Below, piece by piece: positions 38,438 to 49,039 of a DNA stretch of 64,000 bases. This DNA comes from a virus, in IMG/VR virus record IMGVR_UViG_3300027749_000058, positions 1 to 64,000 of that record; one strand, given 5' to 3'. The stretch's first letter is position 1, and every line of letters starts with the position of its first letter. Position numbers and translations under genes: made by a program. The notes under the pieces were generated by a model. That model saw nothing but the letters and a program-made list of their open reading frames with translations. It searched no databases and was not told the DNA's origin.

Positions 38438-39522
38438 GGTTCAATCTCCTTTTGCCAAAATGGCTTTGTGTATTTTGGTCTAACTAACTTCCAAATGTAA
38501 TCAGAATAATCTTTATTATCAAACATTCTGAATAATATTGGTCTTAAAAATTCTTCTTGTATCATAACCCATTCAGCAATTTCTTTTTTTGGTGGTAATT
38601 CTCCATAACGAGGATGACCTGATAAGTTCTCAATAAAATTATCGTACAATTTGCCTGCATTCTCTTGAATACTCATTTTAGAATACCTAAGGTCTCTGAT
38701 TGTGGTTTTAACCCACTTATCAAATTCGTCAGGGACTCTATCAAGTAATTCATTAATATCTTTACCATCTTTCAAATACTCCCAAATATCAACATTTGAG
38801 AATCCAGTTAAGATTCTATGGAGACGAACATATTCATTTCCCTTTATTTTCATTCTGAACCCATTTCTAAACCGAATGACATAACCCTCACGGTATTTAT
38901 CGATCATTGATTTAAGGGTCTTATAATCACTAATTCCGTCATATGATTTAACGGTGGGCATATTGGTTTCCTCTCCAATTAACTTTAAAGAATTGTACTC
39001 TAACTCTTTTCCTGATGCGTTACTAATCATTGATAAAACAACTAAAGATTCGTCATCTCCATAATTCACGCATATCATATTTTGAGGATATATTATTTCA
39101 ACTAATGTGGTATATCCTTTTGGTATTGGATGAACATTGTATTTTGAATCTAAAATCTCTTTTCCTTTAATTGCTTGTTCAGAAGTAAAAGATCCTTTGC
39201 TTGATAATATCCATTTTCCTTCATACCAAAATAAAATACCTAATGAACCATCCAGTTTTTCAAATACTTCAAAAGGTTCATTTGGTATTTCTTCTGGTTT
39301 GTGTTCTTCGATATTAAAAAACTTATCAAACCCTTTGGCAATAACATTCCCTTCTTGGTCTAAAATAAGACCACGACATTGTTTGGTGATTTCATCCCAC
39401 TTATTTTCATACTGACAAGTACGAGAATAATTCCAAATAGAAATAGGAAGGGTCGGGTGGTTATTTTTAACCACCAAACCCTTCTCCAAATAATCATTTA
39501 ATATGTTTAAATCAAATTTCAT
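38434..39522 (-). CDS. RNA ligase (T4 Rnl1-like)
   Basis: CRGLI, KFFN, motif I EKLDGSL, EGYV, MKIK. Confidence 0.9.
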   Translation of the reverse strand: MKFDLNILNDYLEKGLVVKNNHPTLPISIWNYSRTCQYENKWDEITKQCRGLILDQEGNVIAKGFDKFFNIEEHKPEEIPNEPFEVFEKLDGSLGILFWYEGKWILSSKGSFTSEQAIKGKEILDSKYNVHPIPKGYTTLVEIIYPQNMICVNYGDDESLVVLSMISNASGKELEYNSLKLIGEETNMPTVKSYDGISDYKTLKSMIDKYREGYVIRFRNGFRMKIKGNEYVRLHRILTGFSNVDIWEYLKDGKDINELLDRVPDEFDKWVKTTIRDLRYSKMSIQENAGKLYDNFIENLSGHPRYGELPPKKEIAEWVMIQEEFLRPILFRMFDNKDYSDYIWKLVRPKYTKPFWQKEIEP

Positions 39523-39734
39523 TATTTTTTAATAACCATATTTGTGTTTGCCATTGGAAGACGTAATACCGGAGTTGATTTTTCAAATTCATCTTTTTGC
39601 ATTACTTCATAAAATCCTTCCAATACTTTTACTGTTGGAACATTTTCATATTTGAATAATATTGTTGAAGTTTCTAAAGAACCTTCGGTTACTTTAACTG
39701 ATTTTGTTGTTGTGTTAAATTGTAATGTTTGCAT
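39522..39734 (-). CDS. Hypothetical protein
   Basis: Coupled to ligase. Confidence 0.55.
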   Translation of the reverse strand: MQTLQFNTTTKSVKVTEGSLETSTILFKYENVPTVKVLEGFYEVMQKDEFEKSTPVLRLPMANTNMVIKK

Positions 39735-39767
39735 GCGATTGTTTTTTTTTTGTTTTATTTTAATTTA

Positions 39768-40175
39768 TTATAAAGAGATTTGAAATCTTTCTTTCATTTG
39801 TTTTATTTTTTCTTCAGGAACTCCATGAGTATTAACTCCTCCATGTCTATTTTCCACAATAATTGTATGAACTCTATACCCATATTTTTTTGCGATTATT
39901 TGATAAAATCTCATTTCCCATTCCTGAGTAAATGTATTAGATATTACAATATTACGAAAAAAAAGTGGTCTAAACAAGCTTGGGTGCATCCAATACTGAA
40001 CTTTTCTTTTGCACCAGTCATGGGCATCCTTAAGTTTTGAACCATCAAATTCATATTTACCATTTTTCATAAAGAATTGGTCAGCCTCAAATATTTGCCA
40101 AGGTTTCCCCAAGGATTTTGCAATTGTGGATTTGCCAGCACCTGGTAATCCTCTAATGATATATAAATTTTTCAT
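39768..40175 (-). CDS. P-loop kinase (AAA_33, polynucleotide-kinase-like)
   Basis: RGLPGAGKST, EADQFF, SNTF, HGVPEEKI..M. Confidence 0.85.
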   Translation of the reverse strand: MKNLYIIRGLPGAGKSTIAKSLGKPWQIFEADQFFMKNGKYEFDGSKLKDAHDWCKRKVQYWMHPSLFRPLFFRNIVISNTFTQEWEMRFYQIIAKKYGYRVHTIIVENRHGGVNTHGVPEEKIKQMKERFQISL

Positions 40176-40177
40176 TA

Positions 40178-40501
40178 TTAATCTAAACTATTTTTTATAT
40201 TCCATATATTAAAAAAATCAAATTCATTATCTTTTTCCCACCCGTGTAATCTCATACTAATTTCGTTTCGGGTTTCCAAGGATAATGCTTTTGCAATAAC
40301 TTCTCTACTTATTGGATGAATCATTTGAACCATACTAATAAAATTACTTCCAGTATTTGGTAAATCAATTATCCTACCAATTTTTTCATCACGATAATCT
40401 TCATCACTAAAAAAAATATTCCAAAATTTAATACAAACCTCCCTGAGTTCGTTAAACGATTCATCTTTGGGAGGTTTGTAAAATAATTCTATCGTATTCA
40501 T
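40178..40501 (-). CDS. Hypothetical protein
   Basis: ORF track. Confidence 0.5.
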   Translation of the reverse strand: MNTIELFYKPPKDESFNELREVCIKFWNIFFSDEDYRDEKIGRIIDLPNTGSNFISMVQMIHPISREVIAKALSLETRNEISMRLHGWEKDNEFDFFNIWNIKNSLD

Positions 40502-40552
40502 TACTTATTTATTGATTGTGAAGACAAATATAACAAATTAACCAACAACTCC

Positions 40553-41197
40553 TTATATATCATCTAAATGATGATCACTTTTTAATGTGTTATATGATAT
40601 GGGTCTTCCTGATAATTTCCTTACAATATCATCAATATCATACGGCATCAAATCATTACCGTCCATACCAACATCCATAGATCTACCAGTCATATACTTT
40701 CCTTCTTTAGGTGTGTGTAGATGACCAAACAAATGGAATACACCTTTCTTCATATCGTGCCAAGAACAGATAGGATAATGACACATAATAAACCTGTGTG
40801 TAGTTTTATTGGTATACTCCAAGTGTAAGTAGTTTTGAACACTCGTAAATAACTTTTGAATGTCTCCTCTATTTCTTTCTATATGCGTATCATGATTACC
40901 GAGCACAAGATGTATTTCCTTACATATAATTCTATTACGAAACTCTTCAATCATTTCAAATCCACCAAAACTCCAATCTCCAAGATTTATTAAAATATCA
41001 TCTTGACCAACCGCCTCATTAATGTTATTCACAATAGCGGCATTCATTTTATCCAAAGTGGCAAAATCTCTAGTTTGTTTTTCTGGTACATCACCATTTG
41101 GTAACCTCCAATTAGTTATTCCTCGGCAGATATTTTTATGTGCATAGTGACAATCTGAAGTCAACCATACTTTTCTATCGTTATTAATCTTTATCAT
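40553..41197 (-). CDS. Calcineurin-like metallophosphoesterase
   Basis: SDCHYAH, LGD, LGNHD, CHYP, GHLH. Confidence 0.9.
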   Translation of the reverse strand: MIKINNDRKVWLTSDCHYAHKNICRGITNWRLPNGDVPEKQTRDFATLDKMNAAIVNNINEAVGQDDILINLGDWSFGGFEMIEEFRNRIICKEIHLVLGNHDTHIERNRGDIQKLFTSVQNYLHLEYTNKTTHRFIMCHYPICSWHDMKKGVFHLFGHLHTPKEGKYMTGRSMDVGMDGNDLMPYDIDDIVRKLSGRPISYNTLKSDHHLDDI

Positions 41198-41213
41198 AAA
41201 GCAAAGATAAGAA

Positions 41214-41468
41214 TTATTCTGAAATTAAAAAAACCGCATTTTGTTTACCGGCATAAAGACCGATAATGTTATAATCGTAAAACTCTTCAGCTTCACTCAT
41301 TGTCATAAGGTCTCTCTCACAAAGAATGGTGAGAATTTTCTGTTTTGAATATAAGATTCTTGGACCATTACCAAATTCTTCTACGATTCCAATAATTGCA
41401 TCATCAAGACCGTCTAATATAACGGCCCCTTCGGCAAATTCGTGAATATCGTAATTGTTTATTATCAT
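41214..41468 (-). CDS. Conserved phage hypothetical protein
   Basis: DGLDDAIIG...EAEEFYDYNIIG. Confidence 0.6.
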   Translation of the reverse strand: MIINNYDIHEFAEGAVILDGLDDAIIGIVEEFGNGPRILYSKQKILTILCERDLMTMSEAEEFYDYNIIGLYAGKQNAVFLISE

Positions 41469-41552
41469 TTGTTGTTAAAATGTAGATTTAATTTATAAAA
41501 ATGTCAAATAATAAAAACGCGAAATTGGAGGTATTTATATAAAATAATAATT

Positions 41553-42749
41553 ATGAGAGGATATTTTGGATTAGGTCAATTATCACCATCAGAAAAATCT
41601 GATATTTTAGACCAACACAAACATGTTTATAACGGATATAAATCAATGTTACCACAAGTTTCAAATACACAACCATTATATGTGCAAGATTATGCCAATG
41701 ATAAAAATGGAATTACTGTGAACAATAAAGGTGAAGTTAAACATTATACAAACTTTGGAATTAATGAACAGGTTTCTAAAGAATCTATGTGTGAATGTGG
41801 TGGAATGATGTATGAAGGCGTTTGTAATGAATGTGGATCAAGTTATATGGAAGAAGGGACAAATGAAGGTAGTGGTGAATCTGAAATGTGTGAATGTGGT
41901 GGAATGATGCATGAAGGTGTTTGTAATGAATGTGGTTCAGGTTATATGGAAGAAGAAACTGGTCATTTAGATGACATTTATAATGTAGAAGATTTTGATC
42001 CAAAAGCAGGGTTTGATTATATTGAAGGTTCATCAAATGATGTAGATACTTTTGAAAAAAAGCATAAAAAGTTATCTAAAAATGGTGAAATGGAAGAACA
42101 AGGTGGTAATGCTGCAGATATGGATGTTGATGATGTTGATTCAGCATTTGATTTCGAATCAGAAGGACCAGGTATGGGAGATTCTTACCCTGTAACTGAA
42201 GAAGGAAATATGGATGACCCTGAAATTACTTACGATACTATGGAATCTGCTTGGATGGATGAAGAATTAGATGAAGTTGATATATCAGGATCTCAAGGAA
42301 TATATGCGGATATGGAACCAGCATATGATTTTGATAGTGGTGGAGCAGGACCAGCAGGACCTTATCAAAGAAGAAATGAACATGAATTTAGACCAAATGT
42401 TGATTTAGGAAAATCTTTTGAAAAATTGAAAGATAAAAAAAGTGATAAACATGGTATAGAATCATTCTTTAAGAATAAATTAAAAAGTTCCACAGATGAG
42501 GAGTTTTCACCTAATGAACATGAATCTGGATACGAAGGTGAAGATGAAGATGCATATTGGGAAAAAGATTTGGCACCAGATGAGCTTGATTTAGATTTAG
42601 ATAAATTTAATCCTAAAGACAAATCTTGGGAAGAAATTAAATCTCATACCGGAGATTGGGATGAAATTGATGAAGATTTACAAGAATCATTTATACATCA
42701 AAAAAATAAAATCATGGAAATGATGAATAGAATGAAAGTTATAAAATAA
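41553..42749 (+). CDS. Highly acidic protein with duplicated Cys-rich unit
   Basis: MCECGGMMxEGVCNECGSxYMEE twice; AxDFxSxG repeats; TATTTAT upstream. Confidence 0.7.
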   Translation: MRGYFGLGQLSPSEKSDILDQHKHVYNGYKSMLPQVSNTQPLYVQDYANDKNGITVNNKGEVKHYTNFGINEQVSKESMCECGGMMYEGVCNECGSSYMEEGTNEGSGESEMCECGGMMHEGVCNECGSGYMEEETGHLDDIYNVEDFDPKAGFDYIEGSSNDVDTFEKKHKKLSKNGEMEEQGGNAADMDVDDVDSAFDFESEGPGMGDSYPVTEEGNMDDPEITYDTMESAWMDEELDEVDISGSQGIYADMEPAYDFDSGGAGPAGPYQRRNEHEFRPNVDLGKSFEKLKDKKSDKHGIESFFKNKLKSSTDEEFSPNEHESGYEGEDEDAYWEKDLAPDELDLDLDKFNPKDKSWEEIKSHTGDWDEIDEDLQESFIHQKNKIMEMMNRMKVIK

Positions 42750-42809
42750 AATAGAAATTTTTATAACTTTTGATTTCTTTTAAAGTATTTTTTTATAAAT
42801 TATTTCATT

Positions 42810-43112
42810 ATGGAAATTAAAGAAATTGTTAGTTATTTTTTAAACAGTGATTCAAACATTTTAGAAGTATCATTCAGAACTATTAATGATGAAGAAGATG
42901 TTTTAAGAACTGATAATATTGATTATTCTGTTGTTTCGGAATATGGTTTTGAGTTAGAGACAGAGTCCTTTAATTTTTTTAGTGAAGACTTTGAGGAAGA
43001 TTTAGTTCTTGAAGAAGATAAGATAGAGTTAGATGAAGACGAACTCATATCTTTTCTTAACGAATATTATACAATCAATCAAGAATCTTTACCAAAATCA
43101 GAATTTTATTAA
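42810..43112 (+). CDS. Acidic hypothetical protein
   Basis: ORF track. Confidence 0.6.
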   Translation: MEIKEIVSYFLNSDSNILEVSFRTINDEEDVLRTDNIDYSVVSEYGFELETESFNFFSEDFEEDLVLEEDKIELDEDELISFLNEYYTINQESLPKSEFY

Positions 43113-43660
43113 GGACCAGTACGAGTTAGACTGAATATGATTTTATATTCAGGACCATTTTTTCCGTATGGTGCAAAATCAAACCCTGATAACTGAAGAC
43201 TTTCAGGTAAATCACTATCAATATGTAGTGTTATTCTTCTATATGACTTTTCATTAATTGGAATATAATCAAACTGAATTTTACCCAAGTCATAAGCATT
43301 GTAACTATAAGGAACTCTATTATAGAATATTTCATTTGGAGATTCTCCATATTGCCATATATCTCGTAATGATCCTGTAGTTGTTCTCATTATCCAATTC
43401 ATTCTGATTGATGCGTAATCAAAATGTATATAAAAATCATTAACTTTTATGTAATTAAATGGGTTTGGTAGCATTGAATCCCGAAAAATTGCATTGGATA
43501 GATAGGTACTATCTATCACAACAGCATGTGATGTTGTTATAATTGTCATTTTACTTACAACATATTTTCCACTTAAAGTTAAATCGCTAACATTTGTGGT
43601 ATATTTCTCACATGAAATGAAAAAGAAAGTAATTATTAAAAAAGATATAAGTTTATTCAT
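43109..43660 (-). CDS. Lipoprotein
   Basis: Lipobox FISC-EK. Confidence 0.65.
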   Translation of the reverse strand: MNKLISFLIITFFFISCEKYTTNVSDLTLSGKYVVSKMTIITTSHAVVIDSTYLSNAIFRDSMLPNPFNYIKVNDFYIHFDYASIRMNWIMRTTTGSLRDIWQYGESPNEIFYNRVPYSYNAYDLGKIQFDYIPINEKSYRRITLHIDSDLPESLQLSGFDFAPYGKNGPEYKIIFSLTRTGP

Positions 43661-43706
43661 ATCGCAAAGGTATGAGTTTTTGGTGAAATAAAAAATATTT
43701 ATTCAT

Positions 43707-44027
43707 ATGACTTTAGATGTAGATTTTTTAATTAATTTTTTAAAAAAATATACCGACAATAAAAATGGAGGTGAAATTAGAGAACAAGATTCTCCTGCAG
43801 CTGCTCCGGCACCTGAACCATCATCAGGGGGAAGTACTGCAGGATCATCTCCCTCAGGTAAGACACCTAAAAAGTGGTCAACAGGACTTACTAGAGGAAA
43901 GGCAAATCCAGTAGGTAACACAAAATGGGAAAGTGGAAGAACCTTAGGAAAAACATATATGAATGACCCTCATTACCAATGGACTTCAGGAAGACAAATG
44001 GGAAAAACAGGTGGATCCGATTACTAA
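43707..44027 (+). CDS. Hypothetical protein with W-x-S/T-G repeats
   Basis: KWSTGLTRGK / KWESGRTLGK / QWTSGRQMGK. Confidence 0.6.
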   Translation: MTLDVDFLINFLKKYTDNKNGGEIREQDSPAAAPAPEPSSGGSTAGSSPSGKTPKKWSTGLTRGKANPVGNTKWESGRTLGKTYMNDPHYQWTSGRQMGKTGGSDY

Positions 44028-44055
44028 AACCGATATATTTATAAAATAAACCATT

Positions 44056-45294
44056 ATGCAAGATTTGAGTTTTTACGTTTCAAAAAATGGAAGATATATG
44101 ATGATGGAAAGTTCTATCTATGATAGAGTTCACAATCAATATGCCGACATTAATAACTTAAGTTTTTCTGATCTAATTAATATTATTGGAGAAAATGTTG
44201 GGTTTATGACTCAAAATTTAAAATCTGACTTACGAGAACTCTCATCTTTTACAAGAAAAACCGCATATAACGTTTTTGAATCTTTTGAAGCCGATAAGAA
44301 ATTATCATTAATGATGGAATATGAAGTTAAATTTGGAACATCATTATTGAAAGAATCAATCTCAAATCCAAATCAAATTATAAAAGAAACATGGAATTGG
44401 ATTAAAGAAAAAACACAACTTTTAGAACAAACTTATAATCCATTTAATAAAGATTTTTATTCAGGTTCAAATTGGAAAAAAGCTGGAGAAAATGTTGTAA
44501 ATGATGTTACAAGTACCGCTAAAAGTGTCGGTAATGCAGCATTACATCCTGTAGATACTGTGAATCAAGGAATTGATTGGGTTAAAAAAAATGGTATTGG
44601 TGGAGTAATGGAAAAAATTAGAGATGGACTTTATAGTGGTACAGGAACTGCAATTCAAATATTTTTACAGTTTACAGGAGTAGGTAATGTTGCAATTGGA
44701 ATTGTATGGGGATCAATGTTAGTTTATGATCTTTATAAAGTTTTTTCCGGAAAAGATTGGAGTTGGTTAAATATTTTATTTGACACTTTAGGTGTAATTT
44801 CAGGTGGAGCAGTTAAAGCACTTAAAGGTGCTATGTCAGGACTCAAAATTGCTGAAGGAGGTGGAACTGCTGGTATGAAAGCGGGAATCACCAAATTAGC
44901 AGAATCACCAGAAACAAAAGGATTTATGTCAATGATTTTGAATGGAATTTCAAAAGTTTGGGAGGGAATAAAAAGTGCCGGTACTTGGTTATCAGAAAAA
45001 TTAGGATTAAAATGGGCATCGGATTTATTGGGTAAAGCTGAAACATTTTTATCTGAAAATATTTTAAAACCTATTGGAAATGGACTTGGATTAAAAAGTG
45101 TTGGAAGTAAAATGGTAGGTGGAGCAACAGCTGGTGAAGCTACTCGTCAGTCATTAATTGGTACGACAAAAAGTAAAATAATAAATAAAGGAATAAATAA
45201 AGGAATTGATTTAGCTAGTGGAGATGCGACATCTGTTGCATCACAGGATATGTCAGCATCAATTGCCGATGAGTTTGCAAATTATGCATTTTAA
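44056..45294 (+). CDS. Putative virion protein with central hydrophobic hairpin
   Basis: LLEQ site followed by amphipathic and hydrophobic helices (IQIFLQFTGVGNVAIGIVWG). Confidence 0.55.
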   Translation: MQDLSFYVSKNGRYMMMESSIYDRVHNQYADINNLSFSDLINIIGENVGFMTQNLKSDLRELSSFTRKTAYNVFESFEADKKLSLMMEYEVKFGTSLLKESISNPNQIIKETWNWIKEKTQLLEQTYNPFNKDFYSGSNWKKAGENVVNDVTSTAKSVGNAALHPVDTVNQGIDWVKKNGIGGVMEKIRDGLYSGTGTAIQIFLQFTGVGNVAIGIVWGSMLVYDLYKVFSGKDWSWLNILFDTLGVISGGAVKALKGAMSGLKIAEGGGTAGMKAGITKLAESPETKGFMSMILNGISKVWEGIKSAGTWLSEKLGLKWASDLLGKAETFLSENILKPIGNGLGLKSVGSKMVGGATAGEATRQSLIGTTKSKIINKGINKGIDLASGDATSVASQDMSASIADEFANYAF

Positions 45295-45303
45295 TAGAAA
45301 AAT

Positions 45304-46530
45304 ATGAAAATTAATAAAAACAAAACATTAGAGAGAGTCTTACTAATGATGAAATATGACTTAAATAAAACTTTAAGTGAAAATTCAAATGTGGTTAAAA
45401 AAGAATTTTCCGAACAATTAAATGAAGCACCTCCAAGAGTAAAACCAATAGCACCAAAAATGAATATAGGTGCTGCAAAAGTTGCAAGAACTTCATCAAT
45501 TACTAGACTTAAAAATGCCGCACAAAATGGGCCTTTAAGCGCTGTACAAAGATCTCAATTTGGTAAAGATTTATTACAAAAACAAGTTCAGGTATATGCA
45601 AGTACTAAATTACCTAATGGGTCATATCCAACAGTTGCTCAACAAAGAGCATATGCAAAACAATTAGTGTCAAATGGTACTATTACAAATCAAATAAATA
45701 AAATTGCTGGAAAGAATGCGGGAACACCTGGAATTGTAACTACAGGAAACACTTCTAAAAATACAAAAACTCCAACACCAAAAGACGCAGGAATAATAAC
45801 CCAACTTAAACAATCATTTACCGGTGCTAACTGGAAAAAGATTTTTGCATATGCAGTCGGAATTGGAGGACTTAGCGCTGGTGTTTGGTATTTCTTTTTA
45901 AGAGATACTGCCAATGTTAGTCTATGTTTATTAGATAGTTTAACAGATGAAGAAATTTTACAATTAAATGGTAGTACTACAGGTAATATAACAAGAACTA
46001 AAATTGGTAATAAAATTGCCGATCTTAATGGAGGTCTTGTTTTTGGATTAGATAATGGTAAAGTAACCACCGGTAATGGAAAATATAAAGGTACCTATTC
46101 TTGTGATGGAAATAATATTAAAGTTGAAATTGCTGGAGCTGTATTTACAATTGTTGGAGGAAATGGTGGTGGAGGAAATGGTGGTGGAGGAAATGGTAGT
46201 CAAGGACAATATAAACAATGTTCTGAAACATTACCAATCGCTATGTATTGTAAAAACTCAACAGTTAGTAGAGTACAAGGATGCTTAAATATTAAACAAG
46301 ATGGAGCATTTGGACCTTTAACATCTCAAGCATTAGTAAATAAAGGTGTTGATGGACAATCTATTACTCAAGCATCTATTGATAAAGTATGTGGTGGTGG
46401 ATCTAGCGGACAACCCGAACAAGAAAAAGACCCATCAACTGCGTTATCTGATGATTTAAGTAGTCAACCGGCAACAGGAGTATCACAATCTACAACAGTT
46501 GCATCAACACAAGGTGATCAAAATTTATAA
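45304..46530 (+). CDS. Putative virion protein with TM helix and PG-binding-like motif
   Basis: IFAYAVGIGGLSAGVWYFFL; VQGCL..DGAFGPLT. Confidence 0.55.
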   Translation: MKINKNKTLERVLLMMKYDLNKTLSENSNVVKKEFSEQLNEAPPRVKPIAPKMNIGAAKVARTSSITRLKNAAQNGPLSAVQRSQFGKDLLQKQVQVYASTKLPNGSYPTVAQQRAYAKQLVSNGTITNQINKIAGKNAGTPGIVTTGNTSKNTKTPTPKDAGIITQLKQSFTGANWKKIFAYAVGIGGLSAGVWYFFLRDTANVSLCLLDSLTDEEILQLNGSTTGNITRTKIGNKIADLNGGLVFGLDNGKVTTGNGKYKGTYSCDGNNIKVEIAGAVFTIVGGNGGGGNGGGGNGSQGQYKQCSETLPIAMYCKNSTVSRVQGCLNIKQDGAFGPLTSQALVNKGVDGQSITQASIDKVCGGGSSGQPEQEKDPSTALSDDLSSQPATGVSQSTTVASTQGDQNL

Positions 46531-46539
46531 TATTAAAAT

Positions 46540-47472
46540 ATGTCAAAGAAATTTATAATTAACGAAGAAGAAAAATCAGAAATCTTAAAAAAACATATTG
46601 ATTTTAAAAAGGTCTTACAAGAAAAATTATCTAATTTAAATAGAGGATTGGTAAATGAGCAATTTAATACAGGAGTTACTAATGACCCATTATTAATGGC
46701 CGCTGAAAAAGCTAAATGTATTTCTGGTGGTAAATTCATTACTTGGGAAGGAAAACCTGGTTATTATAAAGTAGCAACCACAGATAGAGATGGGAGATAC
46801 TCAATTGGAGATAAACTTGTAATTTATAATGATTATACTTATGAGGTGTATCCTAAAGATCGTTCAAAAAGAAAACAATTTGTTTGGTCTTGTCCTCAAA
46901 TTAACCAAGATACTGAATTAAAAAAAGCTGAAGAACAACAAGGATTAACAACAAAACAAAAACAATTTAGTGACGGATTGGTTGCTCAAGGATATGTTAT
47001 TGATCCATCGCCATGGGATATCACATCTAAAAGACTTAAAAAAGCTGAAATAGAACAAATTCCAGGACTTGCAGATTTATTTCCAAATGGTTTAAATGTT
47101 TATTTTGACCCAACAAAAATAAAGGGAAGTAATATTACAGGATATAAAGACAGATCAGCATCAATGACACCTGACGTAAACTCTTGTAAAGATTTTGTTC
47201 AAACATATTTTAACGATTATAAAGGTGGCGGTGAAGGTAATCCACAAGATACCGAATTTGCTGACTTGAAAAATAAAGTTCAAGCTTGTGCAAATAAATG
47301 GTATCCTAAATGGTCAGGATTATCAGGTGGTGTTTTAGGAATCGGATCAGGTCAAAATCATTTGGATGATATGATAGACGTTTTAACAGGAGTTAAAACA
47401 AATTATGAAGGAGTTGGAATTCCATCAAGAACAACAGGTTGGGGATTAACACCTCCAAGAACAAAAAGATAA
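46540..47472 (+). CDS. Hypothetical protein with IINEEEK leader
   Basis: MSKKFIINEEEKSEILKKH...LVNEQ. Confidence 0.65.
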   Translation: MSKKFIINEEEKSEILKKHIDFKKVLQEKLSNLNRGLVNEQFNTGVTNDPLLMAAEKAKCISGGKFITWEGKPGYYKVATTDRDGRYSIGDKLVIYNDYTYEVYPKDRSKRKQFVWSCPQINQDTELKKAEEQQGLTTKQKQFSDGLVAQGYVIDPSPWDITSKRLKKAEIEQIPGLADLFPNGLNVYFDPTKIKGSNITGYKDRSASMTPDVNSCKDFVQTYFNDYKGGGEGNPQDTEFADLKNKVQACANKWYPKWSGLSGGVLGIGSGQNHLDDMIDVLTGVKTNYEGVGIPSRTTGWGLTPPRTKR

Positions 47473-47480
47473 GAATTACT

Positions 47481-48233
47481 ATGAAATTAGATAAAGAAAT
47501 TAAAAAGAAACTTTTAGAAACAAAAGAACAAAAAAATAAGTTAATTATTGAGCAAGAAATTGTTCGTAGTAGACTTATGATGATATTTGAAAGTGAAGAT
47601 AATCTTAAAAATTGGGATAATTTATCTGATAAAAAAAGGTTTAAAATTAGTTGTAAGTTTTTACAAGAAGTATCCTTTCAACAACAAAATGGAGTCATTA
47701 GTGAACAATTTTTAGATACTATTAAATCTATTTTTGGGTCAAGTGTTGGAGGTGGATTTGGTCAAGCAATATTAGAACCGGCTGTTAGCTGGATTTTATC
47801 AGGATTAGGTATGGAAAGTAATTCATTCATTAAAAAGTTCGTAGTATCTTTTTTAACACAACAAGAAGGGTTTTGGAATTATTTGAAAGATTGTAAAACA
47901 TTAACAAAAGGTATTGCAGAATCTATTGCCAAGGCAACACTTATGCAAGTTCAACAAAGTACAGGTACTGGTGGATTTTGGATGGATGCGGTAAGAAATA
48001 CTTTATATAATTATTTAACACCAAAACCTGGTGATGATAGTGGATTTGTTGGAGGTATTGAAAAAGAAATTGAAGATAAGGTTTGTGGATATTGGAATAA
48101 AGCAACAGGAAATGCAAAAAATGTTTTAACTAAACTAAATGGTGAAAAACAAGCACAAAGTACAGAAACAAACACACAAACAACTCCACCACCACCTGCA
48201 GGAACAACTGCAGTATTTCCAACAGGTAAATAA
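47481..48233 (+). CDS. Hypothetical protein
   Basis: ATG at 47481; LLE and ISEQ motifs. Confidence 0.6.
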   Translation: MKLDKEIKKKLLETKEQKNKLIIEQEIVRSRLMMIFESEDNLKNWDNLSDKKRFKISCKFLQEVSFQQQNGVISEQFLDTIKSIFGSSVGGGFGQAILEPAVSWILSGLGMESNSFIKKFVVSFLTQQEGFWNYLKDCKTLTKGIAESIAKATLMQVQQSTGTGGFWMDAVRNTLYNYLTPKPGDDSGFVGGIEKEIEDKVCGYWNKATGNAKNVLTKLNGEKQAQSTETNTQTTPPPPAGTTAVFPTGK

Positions 48234-48312
48234 TATTGATTCTTAGTGAATCATATTTATAAATGAGGACTAAAACAAAAAAGGGGGTGTTCTAAATCTA
48301 AAAAAAGAAGGG

Positions 48313-48993
48313 TTATTTACCCTTCTTTTTTGTTTTAACAATCTCATCAATAATTCCATATTCTACAGCCTCTTCAGCACTTAACCAAAAATCACGAGCA
48401 GCATCTTCCGTAACTTGTTCTGCGGATTTACCACAAAAACCACCTAATAACTCAAATAAAATTTTATTTGTCTTTTCCCATTCAACAAAATTAATTCTTG
48501 CATCTTGAATGTTACCTCCAGCACCACCTGAAGTTTGATGTAACATAGTCTTAGAGAATTTTAAAGAACTACGTTTACCTTTGGTACCTGCTCCAAGTAA
48601 TACAGAACCCATTGATGCGGCCATACCTGTATTTACAGTTCTAATGTCACAAGAGATGTAGTTCATTACATCTACCATAGATAGTCCTGATTTAACACTC
48701 CCACCTGGAGAGTCAATATGCATTGTGATATCAGTTTTATCTGAAGAATCTAAATACATTAATTGAGCTTGAACAACGGTAGACATTCTATCATCAACTC
48801 CGCCTGCGACCCATAGTAATCGGTCTCTCATTAATCTTGAGAAAATATCCATCTGAGTTACTCTCATTTCTCTTTCTTCCAAGATATAAGGAGTCATTGA
48901 TGATTCAATATGGTTTCCAATATTGTGTAAGTCTAATGAATTCTTCCCCAAATGTTTTACGTAATAATTTTGAAAATCTTGTCCTACTGTCAT
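48313..48993 (-). CDS. clpP: ATP-dependent Clp protease proteolytic subunit
   Basis: MDIFSRLMRDR, IDSPGGSV, GMAASMG (catalytic Ser), MLHQ (His), RDFWLSAEEAVEYGIID. Confidence 0.95.
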   Translation of the reverse strand: MTVGQDFQNYYVKHLGKNSLDLHNIGNHIESSMTPYILEEREMRVTQMDIFSRLMRDRLLWVAGGVDDRMSTVVQAQLMYLDSSDKTDITMHIDSPGGSVKSGLSMVDVMNYISCDIRTVNTGMAASMGSVLLGAGTKGKRSSLKFSKTMLHQTSGGAGGNIQDARINFVEWEKTNKILFELLGGFCGKSAEQVTEDAARDFWLSAEEAVEYGIIDEIVKTKKKGK

Positions 48994-49039
48994 AATTTAT
49001 ATTTTTTACAAAAGTAATATTTTTTTTTTATAAAAAAAA

